Source: Candidatus Latescibacterota bacterium (GTDB lineage: Bacteria > Latescibacterota > UBA2968 > GCA-2709665). From it: a DNA stretch of 64,000 nucleotides. Every line of letters starts with the position of its first letter. The stretch's first letter is position 1. The notes under the pieces are model-generated. The model saw only the letters and a program-made list of their open reading frames with translations. It was not told the origin of the DNA and made no database searches. The position numbers were made by a program, and so were the translations under genes. This document shows positions 61,259 through 64,000 of this stretch, piece by piece. The DNA is taken from assembly GCA_965203805.1 (NCBI GenBank), contig OZ241917.1, positions 1,152,001 to 1,216,000 of the forward strand, read 5' to 3'.

Positions 61259-61582
61259 CTATATGCCCAGGTTGACGCCCGGCGGCAACATCCCTGCCGT
61301 TGCCCTCTGCATTTCCCGGTCGGCCATGTCCTGCGCCTTTTCCCTGGCCTGCTGTATTGCGGCCATGATCAGGTCTTCCAGCATCTCCACGTCCTCGGGG
61401 TCCACGACTTCCGGGTCGATCCTGACTCCCACGATATGCTGCTGCCCGTTGGCCCGCGCCACCACCATGCCGCCGCCCGCCGAACCCTCCACCTCCCTGG
61501 ACGCCAGTTCCTCCTGCACCTTCGCCAATTTGGCCTGCAGCTTCTGGGCCTGCTTCATCATGCCCGCCATGCCTTTCGCCAT
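61259..61582 (-). CDS. ybaB: YbaB/EbfC nucleoid-associated protein
   Basis: MMKQAQKLQ, G.AGGG.V, D.EMLEDL; located between dnaX and recR. Confidence 0.95.
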   Translation of the reverse strand: MAKGMAGMMKQAQKLQAKLAKVQEELASREVEGSAGGGMVVARANGQQHIVGVRIDPEVVDPEDVEMLEDLIMAAIQQAREKAQDMADREMQRATAGMLPPGVNLGI

Positions 61583-61595
61583 CGCGTCCTCCCCG

Positions 61596-63281
61596 TTACC
61601 GGCTTACGACTTCTCCGTCGAAAATCTCGAGTGCCATCTGGACGCGTTCGTCCGTCGCCGTTCCCTGGTGCTGCGCTGCGCCGCCGTCATCCGCCCTGTC
61701 GACGTCACAATTGACACGAAGGGAAACGCCGAAAAATTCGCCCGTCGCCGCCTCCAGAAACTCCCCGTTGCGCCGGACCTGTTCCGCGTGGAACGAATTT
61801 CCCGCCTTGAAGACCAGTTCAAGCCGGCGGTCGCTCAGTGTCGCCGGCCGGCCCTCCGCCAGAAACGTCCCCAGACTCACCTTCTCAGACTTCACGTGCA
61901 CAACGAAGTCCGGCCACTTCTCACGGACGGCTTCTAGCGTCAATCCGTCGCCGCGGGACAGCCCGGGTTCGGCCTGGACCGGCGCGCCGGGGACCTCCGG
62001 CGCCTCGACTTCGGGCGGCGGCGCTTCACCGGAAACGTCTGCCGACGCGGACGGGTCCGCGGGACGGGGGCGTGCAGGCGGCCCGGGTTCGACGCTCGGT
62101 TCGGGCCGCGGTGTCGCGGGAGGCGCGGTCTTGCCTGTACGCAGTAGGTCTTCCAGTCGGTCCAGCCGGGCCATCACCTCGTCGACGGCCAGGGACGGCG
62201 CCATTTTCACCAGCTTCATCACGGTCAGTTCCAGCCAGAACCGTGGATTCGAAACCCGGCCAAGCCGCGCTTCCAGGTCGGACACCGCCTGCAACATCCG
62301 CAGGAGGTCCTCCTCCTGGAATCGCCCGCCCGCCTCGCTGTACCGCGCCCGGTCGGCCGCGGACAGATCGTCTCCGGCAAGGCCGTCTGACACGCGCGCC
62401 ACCAGCAGGTAACGCACGTGTTCGAGCAGCCCCTGCGTGAATTCGCCGGTATCGCCGCCGCCGTCCAGAACGCGTTCCACCGCGCGCAGCGCGGACGCCC
62501 CGTCCGAATCGAGCGCGGCCTGGGTGAGTTCGAAGTAGACGTCGGCGGGAATGACACCCAGCAGTTCCCTTACCGCCCCGGCCGAAACGGGTCCGTCCGT
62601 ATACGCGAGGGCCTGGTCGAGCAGGTTCTCGGCGTCGCGCAGCGCGCCGTCGGCTTTACGGGCCAGCAGAAAGAGCGCTTCGTCTTCCGCCGTGACCCCC
62701 TCCGCCTCCAGGATCTTCCGGAGCTGCCCGACGATGGCCTCGGTGGAAATCCGACGGAAGTTGTACCTCTGGCAGCGGGAAAGAATCGTCTCCGGCATCC
62801 GATGCGGTTCGGTGGTGGCCAGGACGAACACCACGTGGGGCGGCGGCTCTTCCAGCGTTTTCAGGAGCGCGTTGAAGGCCTCCGCCGTGAGCATGTGAAC
62901 TTCATCGATGATATAGACCTTGCGTTTGCCCCGGGAGGCTGCAAAGCCGACCTCTTCGCGCAACTGACGGATCTCATCGATGCCCCGGTTCGACGCGCCG
63001 TCGATTTCCAGGACGTCCATGCTTTTGTTTTCGGCGATCCCCGTGCAAAGTCCGCAACTGCCGCAGGGCTCCGGCGTGGGCCCCCGTTCGCAGTTGAACG
63101 CCTTGGCCAGCAGCCGTGCCATTGTCGTCTTGCCCGTTCCCCGCGGGCCGCAGAACAGATAGGCCTGCACAACGCGGTCCGATCGGATGGCATTCTGCAG
63201 CGTCTGAACGATGTGGTCCTGCGCCACCACGTCCTGAAACACGCTGGGTCGCCATTCGCGGGCGATCACACGATAGGCCAT
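61596..63281 (-). CDS. dnaX: DNA polymerase III subunit gamma/tau
   Basis: MAY.VIAR.WRP, GPRGTGKT, IIDEVHML, NALLKTLEEPP, SRCQ. Confidence 0.97.
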   Translation of the reverse strand: MAYRVIAREWRPSVFQDVVAQDHIVQTLQNAIRSDRVVQAYLFCGPRGTGKTTMARLLAKAFNCERGPTPEPCGSCGLCTGIAENKSMDVLEIDGASNRGIDEIRQLREEVGFAASRGKRKVYIIDEVHMLTAEAFNALLKTLEEPPPHVVFVLATTEPHRMPETILSRCQRYNFRRISTEAIVGQLRKILEAEGVTAEDEALFLLARKADGALRDAENLLDQALAYTDGPVSAGAVRELLGVIPADVYFELTQAALDSDGASALRAVERVLDGGGDTGEFTQGLLEHVRYLLVARVSDGLAGDDLSAADRARYSEAGGRFQEEDLLRMLQAVSDLEARLGRVSNPRFWLELTVMKLVKMAPSLAVDEVMARLDRLEDLLRTGKTAPPATPRPEPSVEPGPPARPRPADPSASADVSGEAPPPEVEAPEVPGAPVQAEPGLSRGDGLTLEAVREKWPDFVVHVKSEKVSLGTFLAEGRPATLSDRRLELVFKAGNSFHAEQVRRNGEFLEAATGEFFGVSLRVNCDVDRADDGGAAQHQGTATDERVQMALEIFDGEVVSR

Positions 63282-63353
63282 ACGGGACAAGCCTCTCACC
63301 CATCCATCCGGCACGCACGAACAGGATAAAACATCGGGAAGGGACGTTGAAAA

Positions 63354-63625
63354 GGCCGTGCACCCCGCTTCGGCTCTCAGGCCGGGTTTTCGGAAAGCGC
63401 CAGCTCCCGCCAGGGGCTCCCGCGGCACACGGGCCGGGTTGCCTACCGCTGCTACCTTCCGGTCCTGACGGGGTTCGGCAATCGTCCGTTGCGCAGGACC
63501 TGGCGATCAACACCACGTTCTGACCGAAACACGTCCCGGTATGAAAAGCCTCAGACGGGGAATTCAACCCCGCTATAGCGGATTGCGGGCTACAGGGCGC
63601 CGCTACTCCCCCGTCTAGCACGACC
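63354..63625 (-). ncRNA. ffs: Large (Alu-domain-containing) bacterial SRP RNA
   Basis: Helix 8 motif GTCAGGACCGGAAGGTAGCAGC; 5' GGTCGTGCTAGACGGGGGAGTAGCGGCGCCCTGTAGCCCGCAATCCGCT resembles Bacillus scRNA; 5' and 3' ends pair; upstream of dnaX. Confidence 0.9.
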
Positions 63626-63690
63626 TGAAAACAGGTTCAGCACCGGGCCGGAGGGCGGTGGGAGCCGCCGACGGCCGCCGGCGTTATGCC

Positions 63691-63766
63691 TGGTGGAGCT
63701 GATGGGATTCGAACCCACGACCTCCAGAGTGCGATTCTGGCGCTCTCCCAGCTGAGCTACAGCCCC
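63691..63766 (-). tRNA. tRNA-Ala (CGC)
   Basis: GGGGCTG..TAGCTCAGCTGGGAGAGC, anticodon arm CCAGA-AT-CGC-AC-TCTGG, GTTCGAATC, encoded CCA; 76 nt. Confidence 0.97.
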
Positions 63767-63819
63767 ACGCAATGTTTTACGACGCGCGAAGCATAAGGCC
63801 GGACAGGGACGTCCTCGTC

Positions 63820-63999
63820 TTATGCGTCGCTCTTTTCAATTGTGATCCCGTCCGCCCGGGAGGCCTCTTTCAATGCCTCAGCGCCGGAAAGCACGCGTCC
63901 GACGGGGTTTACGGGGCTGGCCGGCCGGATCTCGTCCCCTTCGCTGGCAGGGGTCGGGCCATAGAAGATACAGAAAGCCTTGCCCGGCGGCCAGTAGGC
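63820..63999 (-). CDS. Cyclophilin-like fold protein (TM1367-like), 5' partial
   Basis: AYWPPGKAFCIFYGPTPASEGDEIRPASPVN.VG...*. Confidence 0.8.
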   Translation of the reverse strand, partial: AYWPPGKAFCIFYGPTPASEGDEIRPASPVNPVGRVLSGAEALKEASRADGITIEKSDA

Positions 64000-64000
64000 C

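Noticed and set aside
61596-63281. dnaX gamma/tau frameshift signal
   Set aside because: No A6G or long A-run slippery sequence seen in the linker.
1-64000. CRISPR array, rRNA or reverse transcriptase
   Set aside because: No regularly spaced repeats, rRNA motifs, or RT/cas motifs seen.

Overview
A GC-rich bacterial chromosome segment from a diderm organism (two Omp85/BamA-like genes). The gene repertoire resembles Candidatus Latescibacterota/FCB-type uncultured bacteria; this is an inference only. Layout: (1) 1-22.8 kb is an accessory metabolic block: HEAT protein, JmjC-like oxygenase, K+ channel, TPR protein, a DUF6785-like membrane protein next to a giant degenerate-M28/FtsX fusion, a SpeD-SpeE fusion, aldolases, a LarA-like protein, twin amidohydrolases, a 2-phosphoglycerate-kinase-like protein, an M24 peptidase, a Gfo/Idh/MocA oxidoreductase and a beta-helix protein. 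(2) About 22.8-31.4 kb is a lower-GC decaying island with three RDD copies and a complete IS1380-family element. Its transposase is broken by two near-identical 19-20 bp palindromes (CCTGCCTGCCGGCAGGCAGG type), which is the most striking observation. (3) 31.5-48.4 kb holds an Ldh-2 enzyme, small proteins, a pair of sigma54 activators with a -24/-12 promoter between them, LutB/LutC, and an Omp85-DUF4390-NtrYX-OMP cluster. (4) 48.5-64 kb is core genome on the minus strand: tRNA-Ala, large Alu-type SRP RNA, dnaX, ybaB, recR, pgsA, pgpA, thpR, recA (Gram-positive-type LexA box), recX, alaS, a GGGP-synthase-family gene, ptsH, ptsI, metK and ahcY. All calls come from reading motifs by eye; no searches were run.
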